Below, piece after piece: positions 10,710-22,105 of a stretch of DNA of 64,000 nucleotides. Location: contig OZ251229.1 in NCBI GenBank assembly GCA_965240325.2, positions 1,612,001 through 1,676,000 on the forward strand. The letters run 5' to 3'. This DNA is from Rebecca billardiae RCC1528. Taxonomy: Eukaryota > Protista > Haptophyta. The position numbers were made by a program, and so were the translations under genes. The notes beneath the pieces were generated by a model, which was not told the DNA's origin, ran no database searches, and saw only the letters and a list, made by a program, of their open reading frames with translations. Positions within the stretch are counted from its first letter, which is position 1. Every line of letters starts with the position of its first letter.

Positions 10710-12035
10710 CTATAGCTCATCCTTGCCGTACCAGGCGGTCCAGGGGCCATCGTCCTCGGCGAGCGCGCCATCACCTTGCACCGCATCCGGGCCATCGCCA
10801 GCAGCGCGGCACTCGCCCGGCAGCACGCGCGCGCACACGCGCTGCTCGAGCTCGGTGCGCGCAGGCCACCGCCCGCCGCTCGAGTGCAGCACGCTGACGA
10901 CGGCGTCGCCGAGCGCGCGCTCGTGCGAGTCGACCAGCTCGTCGCAGCCCTCCTCCAGCCCCGCGCGCACGCCGCGGGCGTGCCGCTTCGGCACCGCGGC
11001 ACACAGCTCCGAGAGCTCGGCAAAGACGTGCCGCGCGGAGCCAAAGTCGGAGCGCCTGCGCTGCGCGTTGAGCGCCGAGTGCAGGTCGCCGACGAGCAGG
11101 CGGCACGTGGCGCACTCGCCGGTGGCGGCGGCGGGCGCACGCGGCTCGAGGGGCTCGCACCCGCGGTCGAGCGCGGCGCACACCTCCGCGGTGGCCGCGT
11201 GCACGCGCTCGGCAGTCGGGAGCTCTCCGCTGAATGCGCGCGCGCATGCGCCGAGCAGCCTGCCGTTCGCGCGCAGCGCGTGGCACGCGCGCCCAAACTC
11301 GGGGCTTGCCGTCGCGGCGTGCGCGTGCGGCCGCGTGGGCAGCGGGGTGCACACCGCCTCGAGCGCCTCGCCCACGTCGAACGAGCTCTCGCGGCTCTCG
11401 CCCGCCCTGATCGTGTGCCTCTCCGCCTCGGCCGCGGCGAACACGCGCGCGTGAAGCTGCTCAATCAACGAGCTGCATGCGTCGCACAGCGCCGGGCCCG
11501 CGGAGGCGCGCTCGCGCAGCGCGGCGCCGCCACCCGTGGGGCGCACGCACGGCGCCCGTCCGTTGCGGCAGAGCCACCGGGAGAGGTCGAGGTCGGCGCG
11601 CCAGCGAGCCGACGCAGCGAAGGCGCCCACGTCGACGCGCGAGGTCACGCGGTCGAGCAGCGGCGTGCAGTGCGCGCGCAGCTCCTCGCCGATCTTCGGG
11701 CCCATCTCGACGTTCGACAGGTTGGCCTCAGGGCGAGTGGCCAGGCGCTCGGGGCCGAGGGAGGATGCCATGTCCACGTACACCCGCTCGCCCACGGCGC
11801 CCGTGATGGCAATGTTTCGCCACCCGTCGCACGCCCGTCCCACGTGCGCGCGCAGCCACTGCGCGCTCGCATCGGGCGTGGCCGCACTCGCGGACGTGTC
11901 GTCTCGCAGGGCGCGAAGTCCCTCGGTGATGGCCTCGCTCACTAGGAAGCACGCGCTGCACGCCTTGTCTCGATCGGCAAGCGATGGGCTCGACAAGAGG
12001 ATGATTGGCGCGATCAGCGCGACGGCCGCCGCCAT
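10710..12035 (-). CDS. ER-luminal saposin-like/canopy(DUF3456)-like protein with KDEL
   Basis: Signal peptide MAAAVALIAPIILLSSPSLA, three CxxC-initiated Cys-patterned helical units (CSAC, CDAC, CATC), and C-terminal KDEL. Confidence 0.75.
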   Translation of the reverse strand: MAAAVALIAPIILLSSPSLADRDKACSACFLVSEAITEGLRALRDDTSASAATPDASAQWLRAHVGRACDGWRNIAITGAVGERVYVDMASSLGPERLATRPEANLSNVEMGPKIGEELRAHCTPLLDRVTSRVDVGAFAASARWRADLDLSRWLCRNGRAPCVRPTGGGAALRERASAGPALCDACSSLIEQLHARVFAAAEAERHTIRAGESRESSFDVGEALEAVCTPLPTRPHAHAATASPEFGRACHALRANGRLLGACARAFSGELPTAERVHAATAEVCAALDRGCEPLEPRAPAAATGECATCRLLVGDLHSALNAQRRRSDFGSARHVFAELSELCAAVPKRHARGVRAGLEEGCDELVDSHERALGDAVVSVLHSSGGRWPARTELEQRVCARVLPGECRAAGDGPDAVQGDGALAEDDGPWTAWYGKDEL

Positions 12036-12187
12036 CCTGCGGTGGACGATCGTTCCGGAGGAAGTCCGGGGAGGAGGCTGGAGATTCTGATCTCGCCAGG
12101 TGCCTCCGTGCAGCGCCTGCTTGAACAACGCGCGTGCGCTACTGGGGCCGCCCGCTCCCCGCGCTCGCGTCTGAGCCCGCGAGGATC

Positions 12188-13373
12188 ATGGCGAGCGGGC
12201 TCGCGGCGGCCGTGGCGCAAGCGCCGTCGATCGACGTGGACAGCATCATCGATCGCCTCCTTGACGTGCGCGGCAGCCGCCAGGGCCGGCTCGTCGACCT
12301 TGCCGAGGAGGAGATCCGCGGCCTGTGCCTGCTGAGCCGCGAGATCTTCCTGCGCCAGCCGATGCTGCTCGAGCTCGAGGCGCCGATTAAGATCTGCGGC
12401 GACGTGCACGGGCAGTACTTCGACCTTCTGCGCCTCTTCGAGTACGGCGGCTTCCCGCCCGAGGCGAACTACCTCTTCCTCGGCGACTACGTCGATCGAG
12501 GCAAGCAGAGCCTCGAGACGATCTGCCTGCTCCTCGCGTACAAGATCAAGTACGCGGAGAACTTCTTCCTGCTGCGGGGGAACCACGAGTGCGCGTCGAT
12601 CAACCGCATCTACGGCTTCTACGACGAGTGCAAGCGGCGGTACAACGTCAAGCTGTGGAAGACGTTCACCGACTGCTTCAACTGCCTGCCCGTGTGCGCG
12701 GTCGTCGACGAGAAGATCATGTGCATGCACGGCGGGCTCTCGCCGGACCTCGCGCAGCTCGGCGAGATCTCGCGGATATCGCGCCCGACCGACATCCCCG
12801 ACACGGGCCTGCTGTGCGACCTGCTCTGGTCCGACCCGGACAAGGACGTGCATGGCTGGGGCGAGAACGACCGCGGTGTGTCGTACACGTTTGGCGCAGA
12901 CGTCGTGAGCCGCTTCTTGCAACGGCACGACCTCGACCTGATCTGCCGCGCGCACCAGGTGGTCGAGGACGGGTACGAGTTCTTCGCCAAGCGGCAGCTC
13001 GTCACGATCTTCTCCGCGCCCAACTACTGCGGCGAGTTCGACAACGCGGGTGCGATGATGAGCGTCGACGAGAATCTCATGTGCTCGTTCCAGGTGCGCG
13101 GCCAGGCGGCGGCATGGCGGGCGCGGCCGGGCGGCGCGAGGGTTGACGCCGCAGCGCAGGGCTCTGTGATCGCACGCCCATGCCCGCGTGTGGGACGCCT
13201 CGCTGACGCGACCGCGCGTCGCCTGCGTGCTCGCGCGCCGCGCGCAGATCCTCAAGCCCGCCGAGAAGAAGGCGCGGCTGTCACACCAGGGGCCACCCGT
13301 CTCGGCAAACGGCCGACCGCTCACCCCAGGCGCGACGGGCAGGGGGCTCACGCCGCCGCGCGGCAAGAAGTGA
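12188..13373 (+). CDS. PP1: Serine/threonine protein phosphatase PP1 catalytic subunit; intron 13094-13247
   Basis: GDVHGQ, GDYVDRG, LRGNHE and SAPNYC motifs. Splicing CSFQ|ILKPAEKK restores the canonical C-terminus. Confidence 0.97.
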
Positions 13374-14107
13374 CGCTGGAGCCGCGGGGCAGGCCGGCCC
13401 GGCCGAGCACCGCTGATGACGTGGTGCGGCACTGCAAATGCTATGTGAGGCGGCTTCGACTAATTCGAGGGCGCCTGCTGGCGTGCTGCCAATGTCACCG
13501 GATCGGAGTGATCGGAGTCGGACGATCGCTTGCCCTTGCCAGGGACAGGGTCGTTCACTCGTCGACGGTCGAGCGACCTCGACTTACTTGCGAGCGCGAT
13601 CGGCAGAACGTCGCATCGGCAGATCGCGCAGCGGCTCGCGGCGGCGGTCGCTCAGTGTCACGGCCATCACGGGTACCCATAGATAGTAGTAGCAGTCGCT
13701 GTCACAGTCGCCCAGTCGGCGCTTGGCCGAGGCGGGTTTTAAATTCCCCTTTATAACGGGCTCCGGGTGATCAGGCTGCCCGAGGCTGGCGGCCGAAGCC
13801 TCCAGCCCTACCCTGGCCAGCCCCCAACCAACCACCACCCTCACCCAACCTCAAACCACTGACCGAGACACCGATGAGAAACTATCTAATAGTAAGTATC
13901 TACTACAGTTTATTACTATGTTTTTTTCAAAACAGACCGTACGCATGAGTTTCGAAACGGTACCGGTATGTATGGAGTACGAACGACGGCGGAACGAGCC
14001 GCCGAAAACATCAGTGCGCCGGCCATTCTTCACGCTCGCGCTCGCTCGCGGACGGTGTCGCCAAGCAGCCCCGCGGCCCTCGACGCTGGCCGTCAAGCGC
14101 TGCAAGC

Positions 14108-16026
14108 ATGATCGAGTATGGCAAGGACGCCATGTGCGACACGTGGCACTTCATGGGGTCCATCTTTCCGCGCGCGTTCCCTCAGGCGCTCATCTCGTCG
14201 CTCGTTGCGCTTGCGGCCATCTCGATAGCGGAGAACTCAGACGTGCCCGAGCTTCAGCGCGCGGACTCGTTCAGTTCAAACCGGGAGACCATTGTCGAGC
14301 TCATCACGCACCCGTATGTGCACCAGGTGAGTATGCTGTCCATCTCGTTTGTGCTTGCTTTTCGCGTGAGCCTCGCGTACAACCGCTACTGGGAGGGCAT
14401 CTCGAACGTGCACTCGATGCGCTCCAAGTGGATCGACGCGGTGTCGCAGCTGATTGTCTTCGACACGCCGCCACCGCCCGCGAAGGGCGAGCGCGCGGAC
14501 GTGCTCGCGAAGCGCGACGCGGAGGCGCGCGCGTTCAGGGCGTACCTCGGCCACCTCTTCTCCCTGCTGCACGCGGTCGCCATCCTGGAGATCAAGCGGT
14601 GCTGGCGCACGGACTGCCTCGTCGAGCTGAGCACCGCCCCGAACAATCGGCCCACCTGGCGGCAGATGCTCGCGTCCATGTTCCCCAACATGCGCGCGGT
14701 GCTGATTGACTCGGAGCGGCGCGCGGCCGCGCTGCACGTGGTCGTGCTGGGCGGGCTTCAGCCGGAGGAGGAGCGGCAGCTGCAGGCGATGGGCACGAAC
14801 GCGTGGGCGGAGGTGACGGCGCTGCGCATCCTCCACGTCATCTACGACCGCATGCGCCAGGGCGGCCTCCAGATCCCCGCGCCCATCCTCTCGCGCGTCT
14901 TCCAAGAGATCTCGACCGGCACGCTCGCGTGCACGTCTGCGCAGAAGATCTCGCAGATCCCCTTCCCGTACCCATTCGTGCGCGCGCGCGGCGGCGGAGC
15001 GGGCCGTGTGCGGCGGGAGGGGGACGGGGGCGCTTCGGCCGCGCCGCGCCGTCGCGCGCTCCCGCCCGCCCCGCACTGCCCCTCATCGCCCTCGTCCGCG
15101 GCGCGTGCCGCCCGCCCACGCGGGATGCGCGCTGCGCGCTCGGTCGTCCGTCGTCTTGTGCGTGTCGGCATCGCAGTACGAGCTGATGCGCTGGGTCAAG
15201 TGGTACTTCCTCATCTCGTGCCCGCTGGTGATTGTCTCGTTCACGCGCTTCTGGAGCATCGCGATCGGCGCGTCGTTCCTCTCCTCGCTGCTCGTGATCT
15301 CGCTGAACGAGGTGGCGGAGGAGCTGGAGGACCCGTTCGGGGAGGATGCCAACGACCTGCCGCTGCTCACCATCCACCGGGAGTTCAACGAGGTGGGCGG
15401 CGGGGCGCGCGCGGGGCGGGCGGGGGACGGGGCGCGCGCGCGAGAGAGAGAGAGGCACAGCGCGCGCGCCGGGCACACGCGCCGCGCGGTGTGTGCCACG
15501 GCAGCAGCAGCTCCAGCTCACTCGTGCCCCACACGTCGCGCCGCTGCGCCGCGCTGCCATCCGACGCAGGTGCTGCACCGGATGGTGTCGCAGCCCAAGC
15601 TGCAGCTGGACACGCCGGGCACGGAGTCCAACGCGGGGTTCATCGTGCGCGCGTGCGTTTGCGACGGCGCGCTGCGACCAGCGTCCGCCCTGCCGCTGGC
15701 CTGCCGCCCGACCGTGTACGTGCGCGTGTGCTTGAGCAGGCGCGCGGGCTGCGCGGCGTGTGCGCTGTCTCCCCGCCGCATCATCGCGCGTGCTCACGTC
15801 GCTGCGCGTCCCGCGCGCCGCCCCAACCCCCGCGGCCTGCCACGCTGACCGGACGCACTCGCGACGACCGCAGGAGAACATCTACAACGAGCTGCTCGTC
15901 CAGCATCGCAGGACCATGTCCACCGAGCTGGGGGCGGGCGGAGCGGATTCGGCGCTGCCCTCGGCTGCTGCAGGCCCCAAGCGCAAGCCCAACGTCAGGC
16001 TACAGCCTATGACTGTGCGCGCGTAG
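14108..16026 (+). CDS. Bestrophin-family (bacterial/algal type) anion channel; exons 14108-14977, 15177-15392, 15570-15644, 15874-16026
   Basis: Motifs FRVSLAYNRYWEG, IPFPYPF and EELEDPFGEDANDLPL. GT-AG introns join in frame. Confidence 0.9.
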
Positions 16027-16134
16027 GCTCGGCCGTCGCAGGCTTGCTGGAAGTGGCCCGGATGGGCCTCGCGGACTCTACTGGAGTTACTGTCAGTGAA
16101 CACTGTGACGAACTACAAGCTACTGTAGCGGCGA

Positions 16135-17856
16135 TAGGGGGGCCAAAGTGGCACTGTAGCGTTACTGACGGCCACGAGCGCGGGTCCTAGCGAGTGTTTA
16201 GAGCTGACTTTCGGGCTGGATCATTTGCCCTCTGGAGGGGTCTGGGCCGGCCATGTAAAAAAATCAGGTGCACATACCCTGAATATAGGGCGTAACGGCT
16301 AGCATATTTACTTATTAGAATGAGCCTGAACTTATTGGAAACGGCATGTAACGGTCGTCCTATATGTGACATATAGACCATGTCGACTGCTCACTTTGTT
16401 AGAGCATCTCAGCGAGATCGTTCTGAGTCCCCAGCAGCAGCAGGTCCCAACATGCGATATAGGCTGTGTACTGGCAGGCTGTCAAATATGTAGTTTCCTA
16501 GAAGCCACCGATCGTTACATGGTACCCACTGTGTATATAGGCGCCATGCTGATGAATACAGCCTCATCTGATCTCGAGCTGCGAGATACGTTTTCAGACT
16601 GTGTATACGGCCACGCGTACGGCGTATTGCAGACATATTAGACCCAAAGCACCGGCCCCACGTCCTCAGCCCGGGAGTGCTCTCGGTCATAGTCAAGGTT
16701 TAAAGTCACTCGAGCCAACCGTCACCGCTCCCTGGCCGAGACCTACGAGGCAGGTCAAATCTGTCGTCGTCGCAGTGCGGCACAGTGCCGAGCATGCGAT
16801 TCGGCAGCAAACGTCTGCTCCAGGCGGTGGCTGGCGTGTCTGCACCAAACCAGGCTGGATGGGATTGGTCCACATAGGTACGCACTACCCTGTTCCGCGC
16901 TATTTCTGGGCTTAGGGGCGGATATTCGGCCTACAGAGGCTGATCCGGCGCTGTTCGGCGCTCCTGGCTGGCTGCGCGGAGCCCAACGGCAAGCGCCGGC
17001 GTGTGCAAGGTGTCAAGATTGAGACGGTCTCTGACGCTCCCGCCGGTCTTGGGCGCACCAGGGTGCATGAGGGCCCATCTGCATCTGCTTCTGCAGGCAT
17101 GAGCGTCACAGGGGCGCGCTTGCAGGCACGGTCGAGTGCACGTCGGACCTGTCGAATGAGCCAACCGCTGCCTGCGAGCACGTCCGCGACGTCCTGAGAG
17201 GCGAATGGGAGGCGCCCAGACGCCATCAGAGGGCACACGTGACCCATACCCAACGTACTGACCATCGCAAGTGCCACGGCAGGTGCAAACACGGGCCCTA
17301 CAAGCGGAACATGACAGTTGCGAGCTCCGCGGAGGTGCTGTGCGCGAGCTCGCGCCGGTCTGCTGACGGCGATTCCGGCGCAGTAGGGCAGGTTAGGCGA
17401 GCTGGGCATTCACAGACATACATGGACGATTGGTCCGAGCATCGATCTCATTGGTCCGAGTTGATCATGCGCCACACCGTGCGGTAGCGTAGCGGGCGTA
17501 CGCAGCGCACCAATTCAAGCCGGCCGACGCGCGCCGCGCACGGCGCGAGGTGGCCAAGAAGCGGGTGGTGAGCCGCTGGTGGCGCAAAGGCACGGGTCAG
17601 TAGCGCCCACCAGCGTCACGCGCGCGCGCACCCGAGACCATCTCGGCGTCTCAGAGGTCGCGAGCGCGCGGCGGTCCACTGCCTCCGGCCGCTCGTCTGG
17701 AGCGGAACCGAGCTCTGAGCGCCCGAAGGCGTCGGAGCTCGATTTTCGAGCGAGGTCCGAGAAAAAGGCTCCGCGCCACCCTAAAAGGCCGAGGGCGGAG
17801 CGAAAATGCGACGCGACTTTGCTTTTCATTTTTAAATGGGCGGTTTGGCCCCCCTA
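16135..17856. mobile_element. Non-autonomous TIR DNA transposon (TAGG...CCTA family, copy 1), 7-bp TSD
   Basis: 13-bp perfect TIR TAGGGGGGCCAAA (16135-16147) / TTTGGCCCCCCTA (17844-17856). TSD GCGGCGA on both sides. The left ~500 bp and the right subterminus are homologous to 59560-61634. Confidence 0.85.
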
Positions 17857-18120
17857 GCGGCGAGGCTGCTACTTGCTGCGCGGAACCAGTGCTTTCTGGC
17901 TGACGCCAAATCCGCGCGCGCAATAAAAACGGCGAGAATTACGCGACGACTACTGAATATAAGAAAACCAGCAGAACTCGGAATCCGCCGCCGCGATCGA
18001 ACGAGAATCGGGCTCGAACCAACCGCCCTTGCTCGAACGGTCGACTTGTCGTGGACTGGTCTGGGTGCCTGCAAGCGGGCACGGCCCGGCCCGCCGTCCA
18101 AGACCTCCTCGCCGCCGCCC

Positions 18121-20244
18121 ATGCAGGACGAGGTCTGGACGATGGACGAGGACAACAACCCGCGCATCACGTTCGTGGACTCCGACGATAGCGAGCACAC
18201 GGCGCTGTCCAGCCGCGCGCGGCGCTTCTCCCCGGCGTTCAAGCTCTTCGGCATGGGCGGCGCGACCGCGCGGCGCTGGCCGTGGGCATCCGACTCGCAG
18301 GAGCTCTTCCTGTCGTGCTCCACGGCCACACGTCGACACGACTATCGGTGCTCGGGGTACACGTCCCGGCTCAACAACGAGGGCAAGCAGGACCTCGGCT
18401 TCTGCACGCCTGGCGACATCTCGCGGCCTCTGACTCGTGCGGAGCTTGAGCTCGGTCTGCCGATCAAGGATGACCCGATCACGATCAACAAGGATCGGCG
18501 ATGGGAGGCAATCGCTGAGCTCTTCGAGGGGGGCGCTGACGTCGAGGGCGACGACAACGTGCTGCACGCGACGCTCGAGCCGCAGGCCGCCCTCGTGCAC
18601 AGGATGGGCAGGGCTGAGCGCGAGCGCAAGGCCTTCGCCGCCAGCCTGCAGAGCACAATTTTCCTGCGGCCTCGGCACGTGCTCGGCGGCAGCGAGTGGC
18701 TCGAGCTGAGCGAGGGCGGCCGCCGTGGTCGCCGCGTGCTGCGCAAGCTCACCGTCCTCTACGACCCGAGCGCCCTCGAGCTTGCGCGCCACGCCCATCC
18801 CGCGGTCGGGCCCTCGCTGCTCGAGCTGCCTGCACTTGCTTTCAGCGCGTCGTCGTGCGGCGGCTCGTTCTCGTGCTCGCTCAGCTCCGTGACGACGGCG
18901 CGCAGGCACGACTCGCACTACAACGCGTGGGCCCCTACGGCGCCGACGCGTCTGCCGCGCGCCAACGCGGCGAGCACGCGCCCGCAAGCGTGGCTGCAGG
19001 TGGACCTCGGCGTCGACTGCGCCGTGAGCGCTGTCGGCACGCGCGGCCGCTTCCCTCGGGTTCGCCAATACCCGCCGGCAGATGTCATGCGCGAGATGGG
19101 CCTCGACCCGCGTCACTGCCGGCGTTGGGCGCGTATCATGGTGGGTGAGCCGAGCGGCGAGTGGGTCACCAAGTATGCGCTGTGGGCACGGCGCGACGGC
19201 GGCCGCGCGTGGACGCGCGTCGGCGTGTTCGATGCGAACACGGATGAGACGACTGAGGCGCTGGTCGACGTTGCGGCGCTCAGCGGGACGCGCGCCACGC
19301 ACGGGCTGCTCGCGCGCTACCTGCGCTTCGAGCCGCTCGAGTTCCACGGCCGCGTCGCGCTGCGCGTCGGCGTGTACGGCAGCCCCCTGGGCGAGCACCT
19401 CGCGCGCGGCGGCCGGAGCCGCGGCGCGCCGGATGACGAGCGAGCGGCGAGCACTGAGCTCAGCAGCGACGGCGTGCGGTACAGCCTCAGCGGCGGCGCG
19501 CTCACCGCATCTGCGCCTCGCACGTGCTCGCGCGCGGCTCTGGCGCAGATCCAGCGCTTCAAGCCGCGTGATGGCGGCGGCGAAAGCGCCCCTGATGGCG
19601 CCGCGCACGACGACGAGGACTCAGCCTCGGCCACGGCCGCCAGGGCCCGCGTGCGCGCCCGGCGGCGCCGGCAGCAGCTCTACCACCACTCGATCCGTGA
19701 CGATTACTCTTGGGGGTCGTCGTTGCCTCCGGAGGACTGGGCGAACTTCCTCTTTGAGCGCAGCGCGCGAAGGCGTCGCGTCTTTGCGCGTAACTTCTGC
19801 CGGCTGAGTGGCCGCCTGCTTCGCGACGAGCTCGACGACGTGTGCGACGGCGCGGGCGACGATGATGACGACGATGCCGGCGATCTTGTGATGGAGTGGT
19901 CTGAGCCCGGCTCGGCGCCGTCCTCGACCGAGCTTGATCTCGACGTGGAGCTCGCGTGGGCTCTTCAGCTCTCCCTGCTCGAGATGCAGGCAAGCGCGAC
20001 GCGTGACGAGGGCTGTGACGAGGCCGGCAGCACGACTGGCGCCAGCAGTTGCGCGGACTCGACAGTGGAGTCGGCGGCCTCGTGCGTCCTCGTGGATTGG
20101 CCGACGACGTCGACGATCACGACCCACGGCAGTGATGCTGATGGCGTGGGTGGCATTCCTCACGCCGACGATGCTTCCTCGTCGGCCAGCGTCGACGATG
20201 CGTGGTCGATTGTGTCGGGTGTGTCGTCTGCTGCCGCACCTTAG
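18121..20244 (+). CDS. Discoidin (F5/8 type C) domain protein with C-terminal UIM-like motif
   Basis: QAWLQVDLG..VSAVGTRGR..EWVTKY..ARYLRFEPLEFHGRVALRVGVYG is a discoidin signature. DVELAWALQLSLLEMQ resembles a ubiquitin-interacting motif. Acidic tail. Confidence 0.75.
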   Translation: MQDEVWTMDEDNNPRITFVDSDDSEHTALSSRARRFSPAFKLFGMGGATARRWPWASDSQELFLSCSTATRRHDYRCSGYTSRLNNEGKQDLGFCTPGDISRPLTRAELELGLPIKDDPITINKDRRWEAIAELFEGGADVEGDDNVLHATLEPQAALVHRMGRAERERKAFAASLQSTIFLRPRHVLGGSEWLELSEGGRRGRRVLRKLTVLYDPSALELARHAHPAVGPSLLELPALAFSASSCGGSFSCSLSSVTTARRHDSHYNAWAPTAPTRLPRANAASTRPQAWLQVDLGVDCAVSAVGTRGRFPRVRQYPPADVMREMGLDPRHCRRWARIMVGEPSGEWVTKYALWARRDGGRAWTRVGVFDANTDETTEALVDVAALSGTRATHGLLARYLRFEPLEFHGRVALRVGVYGSPLGEHLARGGRSRGAPDDERAASTELSSDGVRYSLSGGALTASAPRTCSRAALAQIQRFKPRDGGGESAPDGAAHDDEDSASATAARARVRARRRRQQLYHHSIRDDYSWGSSLPPEDWANFLFERSARRRRVFARNFCRLSGRLLRDELDDVCDGAGDDDDDDAGDLVMEWSEPGSAPSSTELDLDVELAWALQLSLLEMQASATRDEGCDEAGSTTGASSCADSTVESAASCVLVDWPTTSTITTHGSDADGVGGIPHADDASSSASVDDAWSIVSGVSSAAAP

Positions 20245-20816
20245 TGCCTGCTTCAGTGGACGACGCCAGTGCGCTGGCGCAGCGCCAGTGCTGGCAGTGG
20301 ACGAGTGGTGGTTCGGAATAAGGTTCGGATCGGATTATGACGACGAGCTCATTGATATGATTCAGCAGATCGAGCTCTATGATTGTCGTCGCGAGATGGA
20401 TGTCGCTTATACTAGTTAATAGTCGCGTGATGAATATGACTCTTGGAGCAGTGCGGCGACAGATGATTATTGATTGGCGCGTCGTGCTGTGAATATGTGA
20501 TCATAATGACGACATTCTAAGTCGTGGCAGCAGACTGTCTCCAATATACCAATTACCAGCTCGCCACAGCAGCTGGCTGCTCGGCCACAGAGACAGGCCA
20601 GACTCATTTGCGCGTATAGTACATGCTGAGACAGGATTCATGAAACCATTATACATGATATGATTATAAATGTTCATTGATATTCTGATGCTGGCTGCAG
20701 CTGCTGCCCATGCAGCAGGTCCAGCAGGACCAGGCCTGACGACTTGGCGATGACTGTCGGAGAGTACTGCTCAGTGCTCATGCCAGACGATCGACGAGAC
20801 CTGGCACGTACGTACA

Positions 20817-20853
20817 TTAGTTATTAGTTATTAGTTATTAGTTATTAGTTATT
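20817..20853. repeat. (TTAGTTA)n heptamer tandem repeat
   Basis: About 5 units seen directly. Confidence 0.85.
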
Positions 20854-21347
20854 ATATATAATAAAAATAATAATCTCCCTCACCCAAGTCAAAGTGCTCC
20901 GGAACGGGCGCTCGGCCGCGGCGGCATCTGCCGTTGCCGCCGCGCGCCCCAGGCCGAGGCGGTGCTCCATCCCGGCCCCGCTCCCGTAGGGAGGCAGGGC
21001 TGCGGGTGGCGCACTTAGTGACACTGTCTGACCTGGTCGGTATGAAAGGCTGCGGACGGCATTCTGATTCTATTAATATGCGTGTCTGCTGCACTGTCTG
21101 AGCGGCCTGACGCTTGCCGGTTACACTGCATACCACACTGTCGTTAAATATATATATATATACTAATAATCTGAATGATTAATGCTGCCGACGAATCGTT
21201 ATCTGCTGGTCGTCGGATTATGAATAACGTATAAACATAAACTACGGGCTCGTCAGACTGCAGCACTAGCAGACGGACTGGCGGGACTACAGCAGCTCGC
21301 AGGTGAGCCGTCGTCGTGAACGCACTCGCTGAGACTGCCTAGGCTAC

Positions 21348-21986
21348 TCATGGGGCGCGTGTATATGGCTGGTGGTGGTAGTACTTCGGCTGCGTGTCCA
21401 GCCGTACGTGCAGCCACGAGACACCCAATCCGTGGGTACTCACCCATGTCGGTGCTGACCCACGCGAGCGCAATGCGGAGTCGACGGCGGTGCCAACGGC
21501 CGACCAGAGCGCGGCGGCTTGTTCGTCCGTGCACGAGCGCACGAACACAGCAAGGTGGGCGTACATGTCCAAAGCGCCAGGCGCGTCGCTCCGCCTCACA
21601 GCCTCCTCATTCTCGCACGGCACCACGAGGTGAGCATCGCCGCGCAGATTGTCAAATGACACGGCGCGCCCGGTGCCACGACCGGGCGTGATAAATCGCG
21701 AGAACGGCCTGGGATCGGCAGAGATGCTGGCGAGGTGATGGCTGGGAACCGCCACGCATTCAAAAGGAATAGCATGCCGCTGTGCATGTGTCAGCGGCGG
21801 TGTCTCCCACAAGAATGCGGGGTGTGGCGCACCTGCCAGGGCCTTGGTGAACTGGAGCTGGAAGCTGCGGTCTGTGCGCCAGAGGTCGATCACGTCGGCC
21901 CACGTGAGCTGCATCGGCTTGTCGACGCAGAAGAAGCGTAGCCGCCACACGTCGCCGTCGGACGTGTCGACCTTAGAGTCGATCAC
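21348..21986 (-). CDS. DUF6940-like protein
   Basis: Motifs FLWETPP, FDNLRGDAHLVVP and WVSTHGLGVSWLHVRLDTQPKYY. First in-frame ATG is at 21914 (GTG at 21986). Intronless. Confidence 0.7.
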   Translation of the reverse strand: MIDSKVDTSDGDVWRLRFFCVDKPMQLTWADVIDLWRTDRSFQLQFTKALAGAPHPAFLWETPPLTHAQRHAIPFECVAVPSHHLASISADPRPFSRFITPGRGTGRAVSFDNLRGDAHLVVPCENEEAVRRSDAPGALDMYAHLAVFVRSCTDEQAAALWSAVGTAVDSALRSRGSAPTWVSTHGLGVSWLHVRLDTQPKYYHHQPYTRAP

Positions 21987-22105
21987 GCGCCAGCAGGCAG
22001 AGTTTGGGCAGGTGTGCTATCATCCCCCGACGACATCGCGGACCCCATCGTGCGTCCCGTGTCGTATCCGAGAAAAAAATAAAACCTCGGGCAAGGCGAG
22101 TTCCT

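Noticed and set aside
17820-17857. Helitron 3' end (CTAG)
   Set aside because: The CTAG is part of a TIR plus TSD junction matched at 16135.
20817-20853. Interstitial telomere repeat
   Set aside because: The unit is TTAGTTA, not TTAGGG-like; a simple microsatellite.
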